Below, piece by piece: positions 24,501 to 34,900 of a stretch of DNA of 64,000 nucleotides (position 1 is the first letter of the stretch; each line of letters starts with the position of its first letter). Position numbers and translations under genes: made by a program. The DNA comes from Phoronis australis (lineage: Eukaryota > Animalia > Phoronida), in the NCBI GenBank assembly GCA_002633005.1, contig NMRA01000281.1:389123-453122 (forward strand), written 5' to 3'. Under the pieces are notes generated by a model. It was given only the letters and a program-made list of their open reading frames with translations. It did not search any database and was not told where the DNA came from.

Positions 24501-27500
24501 TATTAACCAAATTTCATAAAAATCTGTCAAGGAATTTCTGAGAAAACACAGGAAAATGAAAAAAACACTGCCACAAAGAGGCACCAAAGTAGATAAAGTC
24601 GTCGGAAAATCATCGCCAGACTTCCTCTTCCCATTAGGAACATAAATGTCAATTTCCACAACCATCCTTAGGGTGGTTTGGTTGACAGAAAGGCAGACGT
24701 CAAATAACAAGACTCGAAAACAGTAAAAATGGCCACAAGGTACCGCAAAATGCCTCGAATTTTACAGACAACCGGATAATAGCGTCACCTCACTAATAGA
24801 TGCCTAACTGCCAAATTTTATGAAAATCCATTAACGATACTTTAAGATACAGAGGTAAACGTAAGAAAACTAAAATTGCCACCAGGGGGCACATTGGTAG
24901 CCCATTCCTTCAAAAGTCGTCATCCTCTGTAGTCAACTTCATACAAATACACCAGCAAAATTCAATAAAGATCATGTAGAGCATTTAGGAGATACAGCCA
25001 TGGGTGCAAAAACAAACAAAACTGCCACTAGGAGGCGCCATAGCATTCCAAGTCATCGGAAAATCATCGTCAGCTGCTCTCTTCACAGTAAGAACATATA
25101 TGCCAACTTTCAAAATCATACCTAGAGCGGTTTGGTTGATAGAACGGCGGACGCTAAAAAACAGACTCGAAAACAGTAAAAATGGCCACTAGGTGGCGCA
25201 AAGTACCCCGAATCCGTCCGAAAATGGGAGGATGGCATTATCTCACTAATAGATGTCTAATTTCCAAATTTTATGAAAATCCGTTGAGGACCTCAAAATC
25301 TACAGACTCTGAGGTAAGCGTAAAAAAATGCTACTAGGGGGCACACCAGAAGTCGGAGAAGTCCGAAATTCGTTGTCATCTTTTGTCACCTTCATGGGAA
25401 CACATCTGCCCAATTTCATTAAGATCCTGTGAAAGGTTTAGGAGATACAGCCATGGGCACAAAAACAAACAAAAATGCCACTAGGAAGCGACACAGTTGT
25501 CGAAGTCGACGGAAAATCATCGTCAGTCGCCTTCTTCACAGTAAGAACATTTATGCTAACTTTTCAAAATCATTCCTAGAGGGTTTGGTTGATAGAACGG
25601 CGGACGCCAAAAAACAGAATCGAAAACAGTAAAAATGGCCACTAGGTGGCGCAAAGTACCTTGAATCCGTCCGAAAACGGGAGGATGGCATCATCTACCC
25701 AATAGATGCCTTACTTCCAAATTTTATGAAAATCCGTTGAGGACATCCAAAGATATAGAGGTAAGCATAAAAAAATAAAATTGGCACTAGGGGGCACACC
25801 GGTAGTCGGAGAGGTCTGAAATTCGTCGTCATCTATTGTCAGCTCCATAGGAACACATCTGCCAAATCTACTCATAATCCTGTGAGGGGTTTAGGAGATA
25901 CAGCTGCGGAGGTCGGACGCCCGGACAGACAGAGATGACAGCAATATGCGACCACATATAAACAATAAATATGTGGGCGCATAAAAATCATAATAGCAAC
26001 GCACATACTGGGCTGATCAAACAGAGTTGCGCACTGTAGCCAACTGGCGCGCAGATTTAAGTGTCCTATAACAGTAAGACAATACACGCCAGTGTTGACT
26101 TACGAAGTCAACGCTCATTACCTGGAAGTTTGTTAGTGTTCACGCCCTGAGTAGACAGACCAATCCCCATGTATCTGAAAGAAACATCAATCTACTATTA
26201 AAACGACTACTAGTAATTATCTCAAGTTATATCAGAAATTACCTACTGCAAAAATTCTTCAGTTCAGGACACAAATATGGCAGACAGATGAAATTTAATT
26301 TTGTCAAATTTCTCAACAAAAATAATTCCTAAAAATTTTTACTGTCTTCTGTGCGACATGCATGGCAGAGATGTCAAAAAGAGTTTTTCATGAAATGTTG
26401 AGCATTTGCAACAAATTTGCAAGCCTTAGAAAATCATAAAAAGGTGATTTTAGCAACTTGAAGAATTATTACATAAACACAGTTATACAAATTCACGTTT
26501 GGTTCAGCAAATTATGTGCCAAAGGTTCCCACATGACTAAAATATGTGTGACCATTCAATGCATTTTAAGGAAATTTGATGTTGCAGTATATTATTTTTT
26601 GAGTTCGTTTTATTTTATCCAAAAATGACCACTTAATAACTGTTCCCAAAATTTATACTTGAGAAAAATTTGCTTCAAAAACTAAATGTCTTATGGTGCA
26701 TGATGTGAAATAGTTTCAACATTTCCTGTTATGATCTTGAAAACGAGGTGAAGGTCAACATATTTGACTGGTGCCCAGAGATGCTCCAATTCACACCTCA
26801 GGACAAAATATGAACAAATACACAAAACGTTCCTACAGTGGTGTAGATGAAGTAATTTCCCACAAGAAATTATTCAACGTATCAACCGAGGCCAAAATTA
26901 TATTTATCTCATACGCTTCGAATTCTTAAGTTTCTTTCATTTTTTTCAGCAGATTTTTTAATTACTTCACCCAGACTGTTTACAAGGCAGATCAAATCCA
27001 ATATGTATGACTTGTGCGTTATCTTACAAGTTTTCTCTATTAAAAAAAACTGTTTTAAATGTAACAATTAATTACTTGAAAAGAAATAACAAAGACGAAA
27101 ACAACGGTAATTGTGCATTACACTTATAACATTTCCTGAAAATAATTAAATAATTAACAATATTTAACAGTGTAGTTACCGGGGAAACGGTGCCTGAGTT
27201 GCAGACAATAAATATTTAACAAATAAAACTGAGACAGAAGTGTCATAAAATTAACAGTTTTGTACCAGATCTTATGTTTGGGACCTGACAGCATGTTGAG
27301 TGTTATTTATACAAAATGCAATTCTATTACTTTAAACTATTTTCGGAAAGTTTGATGATAGAACTGACTAACAATATCGAGTCGACACTGACCTACCTTT
27401 TGAACATTCCATGTCAGAGGGCACTGTTAAAGTAGTCCTAGGAGTGCAATACGGAAAACAATATCACATGGTCGTATTGCACTCTACTTATTCAACATGT

Positions 27501-30500
27501 ACGTGATAAAATCTTAAGCTGCCTGAATAAAACTTGATTTTTTCACTGCAACCTTGAAAGTCATGTCAAGGTCACTAAAACTGACTGGCAGTTGGAATTC
27601 CTCCAGCTACACTTCAGTACAAAATATGAACAAAATCTAAAGCATCCTTCTTGTGGGCAGTTCTGTGAAAAGGTCAACCAGGAGACAAAAAATAAAATTG
27701 TGTCTAGATTAACATTTCTGGTGTCATCTGAAAGCCCAGTCTTTCTAGTTTCAGGGCTTGTACTTGAATTTCCAAAAGCTTTCGATTTTTTTCCTGGGTA
27801 CGCATCAAAACTATCAGCGACATGGCCCAAACAAGTCTATACAAGCTTAGGACAAGTCCTAAAATGCATATTTATTACAATGATGGTTAATGTTTTTAAA
27901 TTTATTTCACATTTCATATTTAAGATAGTCACGTTTACTTACTAGTTTTGAATTTGTATTAGAGCTACTTAACGTATAAAAACAGTTTTCCTGATAACCA
28001 ATAGGTATCGAAAACAAAATAATTATCTCTCTCGTTCACATCCATATTGTTTATTATCTTCAAAGAGGAGCAAGGATTTTAGGAGGTTGTTTTGTAACTT
28101 TAATCAAATGAGATGAAAAGTTAAAATCTTTTTGAGTTAGAGTACATTCACAGCATTGGCTTACCTGGGGTGATGATTTCGTGCAAAAGGTCACTTGGTG
28201 TATTTTGATTAAAAAACATGTCAGTAGCAAAAGACCAATACAGACAAAATACTGAAGTTTGAATTATTTTGAACTGATATCTTAGCAACAACAAACAATT
28301 CGATACCAGAAATTTAGAGCATACGTCAGTCACATATATCCATCACACTAACTCACCTACACCTTAGATGATAGCATCAAAAATTAGTATGTTGTACTTT
28401 ACAAACATTCCACTACATCATCATATAAAACAAAAATTCTAACTTTATGCAACTCATAGAAAATTAACATTAAATTTTTTTTGTCAAAAATTCTAATTCT
28501 CTGCGTACGTTCGTCACACTCCTTTAAAGGCAAGATAAAAAGCTTTGAAATCTAAAAATGAGACCTAACAATTGATGTATTATACTCCCAGGATAAAAAC
28601 TTTTTTCACATTTGGTCAAATGTTCTTTAATAGTTCATCCGTCACAAATGGAATTGCCCTAGTAATATTGCACCAACAACATTATGTGATTTACGGAAAG
28701 ATGGACTGTCGCCAACATTATGTCCTCCACTTCAAGACAATGGACCACAAGAGAAAATAAGTAGGCGAATGTTAATCAATGACACCACGTCATTATTGGA
28801 TGGGATACGAACAAAATACAGTATACCTCATTAACACAGCTAATGGATCTATAAAGTCACTTACTCAAAAACACTGCCCTGCATTCATAAAAACAGCCCA
28901 CACACCTAAAAAACACCCACCGACTCATATGACCATGAACTGGCCATGACTTGGCAAAGAGTACGCCAGTCATCTTTACAGGTGCCGAACCCGTGCTTGT
29001 GGTCTAGGATCCATGTTTTTTTGGGTTCTTAAGTGGTGTTCTAAGAGTGTGTAGCCATGTTTGTGAGTCAGTGAACTGGTTTACAGGTCCATGAGCCATG
29101 TTAATGAGTGTGGTGGCATGTTCATGAGTGTAGTGACACGTTCATGAGTGTGGTTGCACGGTCAGGAGTGTGGTGGCACATTCATCAGTGTGGTGGCACG
29201 TTCACGAGTCTGGTGGTACGTTCATGAGTGTGGTGGCACGTTCATGAGTGTGGTGGCACATTCATGAATGTGGTGGCACGTTCATGAGTGTGGTGGCACA
29301 TTCATGAATGTGGTGGCACGTTCAGGAGTGTGGTGGCATGTTCATGAGTGTGGTGGCACGTTCATAAGAGTGGTGGTACGTTCATGAGTGTGGTGGTACG
29401 TCCATGAATGTGTTGGCACGTTCAGGAGTGTAGTGGCACGTTCATGAGTGTGGTGGCACGTTCATGAGTGCGGTGGTACATTCATGAGTGCGTGAGTTGT
29501 GTAGTTCAAGTAGCCTGAAAGAACTTCTGACTGCGTAATCAAGATGATGTCTTAACATACCCATCTCTTCCTTTACTGATGACTTTGATTTCAAAATAAT
29601 ATACACCACAGGCAGCTGGGATGGGATGCGTGGCCCGTACACTAGCAGCATCCCGGGTGGTCTTACCAACACCTGAAAAAATTATATACAAACAACTTAG
29701 AATCCCTTCAATATAGTAGAGTTCCTTCCACACTATGATCTAAAAACGCCCATCAATGTGCAATGAACCAATATCAAGCACATAAACTAGTCAGAAAATA
29801 AGGAAGATTTGGCAAGTCTCAATTAGAAAGAAGTACATACTATTCCAAAATAATGTAGACAATCCTTAATTTTTAGAAATCACTTATTTTTTCATAGTGT
29901 ATAACAAGCAAATTTATCAAATTTTCACGTTTTGGAATATTTATTATTGTCAGGTTTTCGTGAGGTTGAACAGCCAAAACGCTTACTGGTTGAGGACACT
30001 GGATGTAATGCGATATGGAGGCTGACAGCTTACACGAGTGGCAAAAACATCAGCAATTTTGCACACAAAATGGAACTAAATAGTGAGAAATACTAAGCGT
30101 ACTGTTTAAGTCCCTATCTGAAGAAAATACTTGCTCGATTTAGGTGCACACAACTCAAGCTTTATATTCACACGGGGCAGCATGCAGGTCTACCTTAGAA
30201 TTTATAGCATTTGCAACATCGACCACTTGAAAACGAGCTCCATTTTATGTATCAATGCCAGGGTGTCCTGGATGCCTTCGACATTCAGGGTGATGTAATT
30301 GCCTACCCACCACCTATGTGATTAATGCAATGATCATAAACAGTGGTCTCCATACCGAGCACATGTGTGTCCTTTGAAGTAAGTGACATGGCTAAAAAAG
30401 TACAAGCAGTAGTTTTGAGGTAACTCAAACCGCCAACAAAGCATCAGCAAAAAATGATTCATGTGGACCAGCATTAATATTCTTAATTTTCAATCACCAA

Positions 30501-31184
30501 CTTTTATGTGCCAGTTTGTGAACAGAGTGCAAGTGCTCGTTACTGTCGTTAGAATGGAAATACATTAAGGAGAGCATATAGCAAGGAAACAATAGGGAGA
30601 ACAGTAAATAAACAATAAACAAACAATAACAATAAGCAAAACAAGAACAAAAGGTAAAAAGGCCGGACATATTTTGTGCTAGCATAAATGTTTCCAAGAA
30701 AAATTATGGATTTGGTGGACTAGAAGATAGAGCTTATACAAACATCAAAAATCTCAAGAAAATATTTTGCGAATAATTTTTTTTTTTACCCTAACAATGA
30801 CTTCGTTAGAAGTGGACAAGCTTCCTCTCACGAGTTGAGAAACAATGGTTGAATGCATGGCAATCAGGCGAAGCATAATCGCACTAAGTTTTTTTCGTTT
30901 ACTCTCAAAGCCGAACAGCACCGTACATTCGCCGATTTGGGTACATTGTTCGCTAGCAAATTTCAGTCAGTGAATCACTAAATCATTGAGATACCTTTGT
31001 AGTGAACTCTGAGGTCGTTGTAAGACAATCCGATGTAGGAATATTTATCTTTGGGGCTCCATGAACGAGGCAAAGGTGTCTCCGTCTCATCAACAGCTTT
31101 ATATAAATGCCTCAGTCTTTCCGTCAAAGATTTCTGACTTGAATTTAAGCTTTCCATCGAGCTGGTGCTTGGCAAGCTCGACAT
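15523..31184 (-). CDS. RANBP9: Ran-binding protein 9/10 (CTLH/GID complex scaffold; SPRY-LisH-CTLH-CRA), 12 coding exons, 570 aa
   Basis: Exons 31184-30995, 29672-29561, 26174-26122, 23820-23653, 22681-22659 (23-nt microexon), 22151-22050, 21120-21038, 19848-19736, 18441-17962, 17238-17093, 16818-16707, 15653-15523 (1713 nt, in frame). Motifs: [57 protein letters not shown], Lis[53 protein letters not shown]. Probably the single co-ortholog of vertebrate RANBP9 and RANBP10. Confidence 0.97.
16158..16282. repeat. 63-bp tandem duplication (2 copies, near-identical)
   Basis: ccaaatacatttacaaaagtattcagacaaaatcacccagaattccc(t/a)gtcatgatggacgg at 16158 and 16221. Confidence 0.95.
18414..18614. repeat. 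100-bp tandem duplication spanning the RANBP9/10 exon-9 acceptor
   Basis: ctgccggctaaaaccaacttgtgtattccttgaaacaat...ctactcaactttgcaat at 18414 and 18514; the copies differ by a 3-nt indel. Confidence 0.95.
20804..21045. repeat. Diverged ~103-bp tandem repeat (about 2.4 units) overlapping the RANBP9/10 exon-7 donor
   Basis: cctccaagtgaacc..actgtca.t.a.ttc..tgta at ~20804, ~20908 and ~21010. Confidence 0.75.
21600..21799 (-). mobile_element. tRNA-derived SINE (head clear, 3' boundary approximate)
   Basis: Minus strand begins ggggagtcagtgTGGCTCAGTGGtttgagctccggactccc...ggtGTTCGAATCg, i.e. Pol III A and B boxes without an acceptor stem. Confidence 0.65.
24342..25987 (-). mobile_element. Non-autonomous Helentron/DINE-1-type (HINE) element with internal ~151-bp subrepeats in a 453-bp higher-order repeat
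   Basis: On the minus strand: 5' TTTTTATGCGCCCACATAT..ATATGTGGTCGCATA stem-loop (25983-25945), GTCY-type microsatellite remnant, central tandem repeats, 3' hairpin caacgctccgcgttg (24373-24359) and a T-rich end. This is the DINE-1/HINE layout. Confidence 0.78.
29101..29490. repeat. 20-bp minisatellite, ~19.5 copies, consensus ttcatgagtgtggtggcacg
   Basis: Directly visible head-to-tail array without spacers in RANBP9/10 intron 2. Confidence 0.97.
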
Positions 31185-31947
31185 CTTGACTATAATGGTG
31201 ACAGCGCCTAATGTTCAACTTTTTATCTGATTGGACAAAAGCCCATAATGTTACTTGAAGTGTCCAATCGAAATTTCTTTGACATAGAGTTACGAAAAGT
31301 TTGTTATTGTATTTTGCATTTGTTAAATTAGTCATATTTTTACCAAAAAAAAATGTTAATTTCGGTACCGTACGGTCTCAATTTATTTTTTTCAACAAAA
31401 TCCCAGTGGAAGTAGCTGTGATAACATTATTAGCGTTTTGCTTTAAGAATAAAAGTTTTAGTAAAAAGCATAATTAACCCATCTAATTAAATATTTCTTT
31501 TTTGTCATATGACAATACAAAAAAATATCATAAAAATAAACAATATAATATTAATACATATTTTGTTGATATACTGTAGAAAACTGCTTCAAAGCAGATT
31601 TATAATTTATATAAGATTTTGTCTACTCAGCTGTATTTTGAGGTCTTGGTGAACGACTTCCTTACGTTAAAAAGTCAAAAACAATAAAATTTTGAAATTT
31701 TCTTTAAATTTATTGCACTTTATTTAAATATCTTGTTATAAAACGACAATTTTCCGTCTTTAGCAATTATTAAAAAGCTATACATGGAAATTACTATTTC
31801 GTTATTTACGACAACTGGTCGCTGTGCGGCGTTTATGATCACTATAACAACAGACTAGATTTACTGGGTTATTGAAAGATGAATGTCTCATGATTTTAAG
31901 TCAAACGCTTGGTATCTTTAAGTAATTCTTGACTTTTTCCAGCCAGA
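31185..31947. promoter_or_regulatory. Divergent promoter interval between RANBP9/10 and TSNAXIP1
   Basis: 763 bp between ATGs. Two CCAAT boxes (31230-31234 inverted, 31264-31268) on the RANBP side, an AT-rich spacer, and two degenerate RFX X-box-like motifs (31801-31815, 31838-31851) on the TSNAXIP1 side. Confidence 0.6.
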
Positions 31948-34900
31948 ATGGATTCTGAGAATATGTTGGTGGCTAGATTGCCCCCGATTAAGAGGTAAGG
32001 AAACATTAAGCGTGACTTTCTGTGTAAGGAGTAACCCGTCACTGACTGAAGCCAGGCTGTGAAGCGTGACTGAAGGATCGATCTGTGTTGTAGACAGTGT
32101 AGACCAAGTAAGCCACTAGACCTGGTGACTATAAAACTTTGGCAAACATTCAGATTTTAACTGTAGATTTCAACTCAGGTGAAAGGAGTTCACTTGGTCT
32201 ACAAGGAGTGGGACCATGTAAGCAGACCAAGTTATCCTGGTCTGATGACTTACCGTAATGTAAATCACATCCGACATTGTAGGCTACAATGTCGGATGTG
32301 ATTTACATTACGGTGTGACATAAAAACAGATAAATCGCTTGCCAAGCAGCAGTTGCCTCTTGACTGAATGGTTTAGATGCTCGGCTCTCAATACATTCAA
32401 GTTCTGGAGTCACTGAAGTTTTCTACATGGGCGACCCATAATCGGGTAGAACCCATGACCAGATGGGATGTCAGCACTCCTCTCAGGGCAGTTCGGAGTC
32501 ATGCTGCAGCGCTAACTGCATTGGAAAGCAAGACCACAGACATGACCGATCTGAGGGGGCAGGCAGCATGCTTGATCCATTGCAGGGTGAGGAATGGTGT
32601 GACTTCTGGGTATGAGGTACGTGAGATAAAGACTCTAAGTCGCTTGCCAAGTGGCAACTGCCTCTTGACTGAACGGTTTAGACACTCGGATCTCACACGT
32701 GCATCCTGGGTTCAAGTCCTGGAGTCGCTGAAATGTTCTGCACTTGGTCTACAACGTAACTAGAAGACTCCTTACTAACATTCCTCCCCAATCTGTGGAA
32801 AAGGAGTTGCCTTGTATCAGATTGCAGTACTTGTGACGTTGTGGCATTTTGCTTTCATTGACAGTTTTCTTTGTGTTCTGTTTCTGGATTGGCTGGCCAG
32901 TCACCTATCCAGGCCACTACCTTCAGGAGTTGTGTTTAACTTCACAGGTCATTGTGAGATTGTAGTAGTGCGCCATGGATGAAATCTACAGGTTGAGTGA
33001 GCGGTACTTGAACCTGCATGGTCTCTGGCATGGCATTACACATGTCAGAATTCCAAAGTCATTTATAACCTTATAACAAAAGAACAGGTATAAGGTCAAC
33101 TGTATAGCTGTACGACTGAGAAAGGTTGACATTCCATTACTACTTCATGCCAGGCTACTAAATTGCTTTTCACAACGGGTTAGTTTTAGTGGTGAATTAG
33201 TCTTAGCCATTCAGACAATTTATTATAACCAGTTTCATTCCAAACAGATAAGAATGCGATGATGTTGCTTTAGAAGAGCAAATGCATCTGTGAAGCAAGT
33301 TCGTTGGCTTCAGTTCCTATACTGGATTTCTGAGAGTTTTGACCCTTGCACATATGGTAATCATGACGGTGTTTTTCCGTTCAGTGACTTTACCAGACGT
33401 AAAGGGTTGTGAGCGTGTGATAACATCTAGCTTCTTTGTTAACTGCCAAGCACAGTCTTTTGTCTGCTATGACAATAGGCAGGCCAATTATCTACCAGGC
33501 TTATTACAGACCACGTGTGAACACAGTCAAACCCAGAGCCAATTGGTACATTCGGAAAGAGTAGATTGTCAGTTGTAGCTGGGCGATTTTGGCAATTCAA
33601 AAACTAAACATGATGCACCATTTGATGAGGATTTCAGAAACGATATTGGTTTATGTTCAAATATCTTATAACTTACAATTATTTTTAGCAGCACAGCCGA
33701 GTCAGGGTAGATATGATTTTACTGGAGTGGAGATTAGAGCAATTATCGAACAAAACAGAGCTAGCCCTCCAACCATAAATGCCAGAATGGAGTTAATCAG
33801 GCGTGTAAGATATTGGCTACAGGGGGGTGTTCTTCCCAACTTGTTGTTGGGCTATAGAATCGAACAAGTTGGGAGCAATGGGAAAACGCCGTAATGGACA
33901 GGGAATTAAATTTTAAAATCTACAAGTTAGATCGGCATAAACAGATATATCAATCTACAAGCCAAATTAAATGCATGTCTTATGCAGCATTCATTTCAAT
34001 ATGTAAGGGTTTCAGATAATTAAACTGTCGTATGACTTTTGTACTGAATATGCACTAATGCCCATGATGTTTGGCTAAACGCTTATTCCAAAATGTTCAA
34101 ATTTTCACTTTTAAATTTCCTTCCTCGGCTTTACACCCACCCCCTATTTTTACAACTGGAACTTATTCAAAATTACTAGACATGTTAATTCGTGAATTCC
34201 TTGTCTACATAGAATTTTAGCTCTCAAAATGTATGCAACTTGCTTACGTAATTGGATAACAAACAGTCAGTTTCAGGGAGACTTTACCATTCTATTCTGG
34301 TCAAAATTATACCCATTCTTTAGACATGAGATTGTTCTTTTTGCTTATGAGCTTTCTAATGTGATGCAGTCCTTGCTGTATAATTTGATCAAGTCATTAG
34401 TGTGAGAGAATCAATTGTATGAGTGAACATCCACACCAACTTCTCAAAAATATTTGTTTTCGTAAACACCCATGTTTGGCTTGACGGCCATCCCCTGGTT
34501 TTTTGTATTTTTTGTTATTTGTTTTGTTTTCATTGTTTTGCACAACTTTGTCTTTGTTTACCTTTCTGCCACAAGTATGTTGGAATTGCATGTTGACCTA
34601 TCAGTAACCACAAAAAATCTTTGTTTTTAATAACAGCTATGTTTGTGTAAAATTTAGTCTTACAAAATCAAATTAAAAAAGCTTGTCATACCTGTAACTG
34701 TCTCAGATCTGTCCCGTGTGATGCCAGTCAGCAGTATTTTCTAATTCACCTTTTTGTTAACTGTAGGTCACAGTCTGATTTAAATACAAGTACAAGGACG
34801 TACAAGCTCACCGGTGTGGACAAGTACCAACTACCAACACCACAAATTCTACGGGTAAGCACGCTCTTCTTTAGTCTCCAGATGTTCTTCATCTCATTTA

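Noticed and set aside
26300-28520. Second, older Helentron-type element (aaggtca / aaaatatgaacaaa subrepeats)
   Set aside because: Similar segments at ~26740 and ~27550 are visible, but termini could not be defined.
29101-29490. CRISPR array
   Set aside because: Head-to-tail 20-bp units with no unique spacers, no cas genes, and an intronic animal context.
32377-32763. 128-aa ORF with an internal repeat
   Set aside because: The repeated peptide (QVLESLK) just reflects the tandem tRNA-like DNA repeat.
33589-33894. 101-aa ORF as a nested gene
   Set aside because: Non-ATG start, no recognisable motif, lies in a TSNAXIP1 intron whose flanking exons already join in frame.
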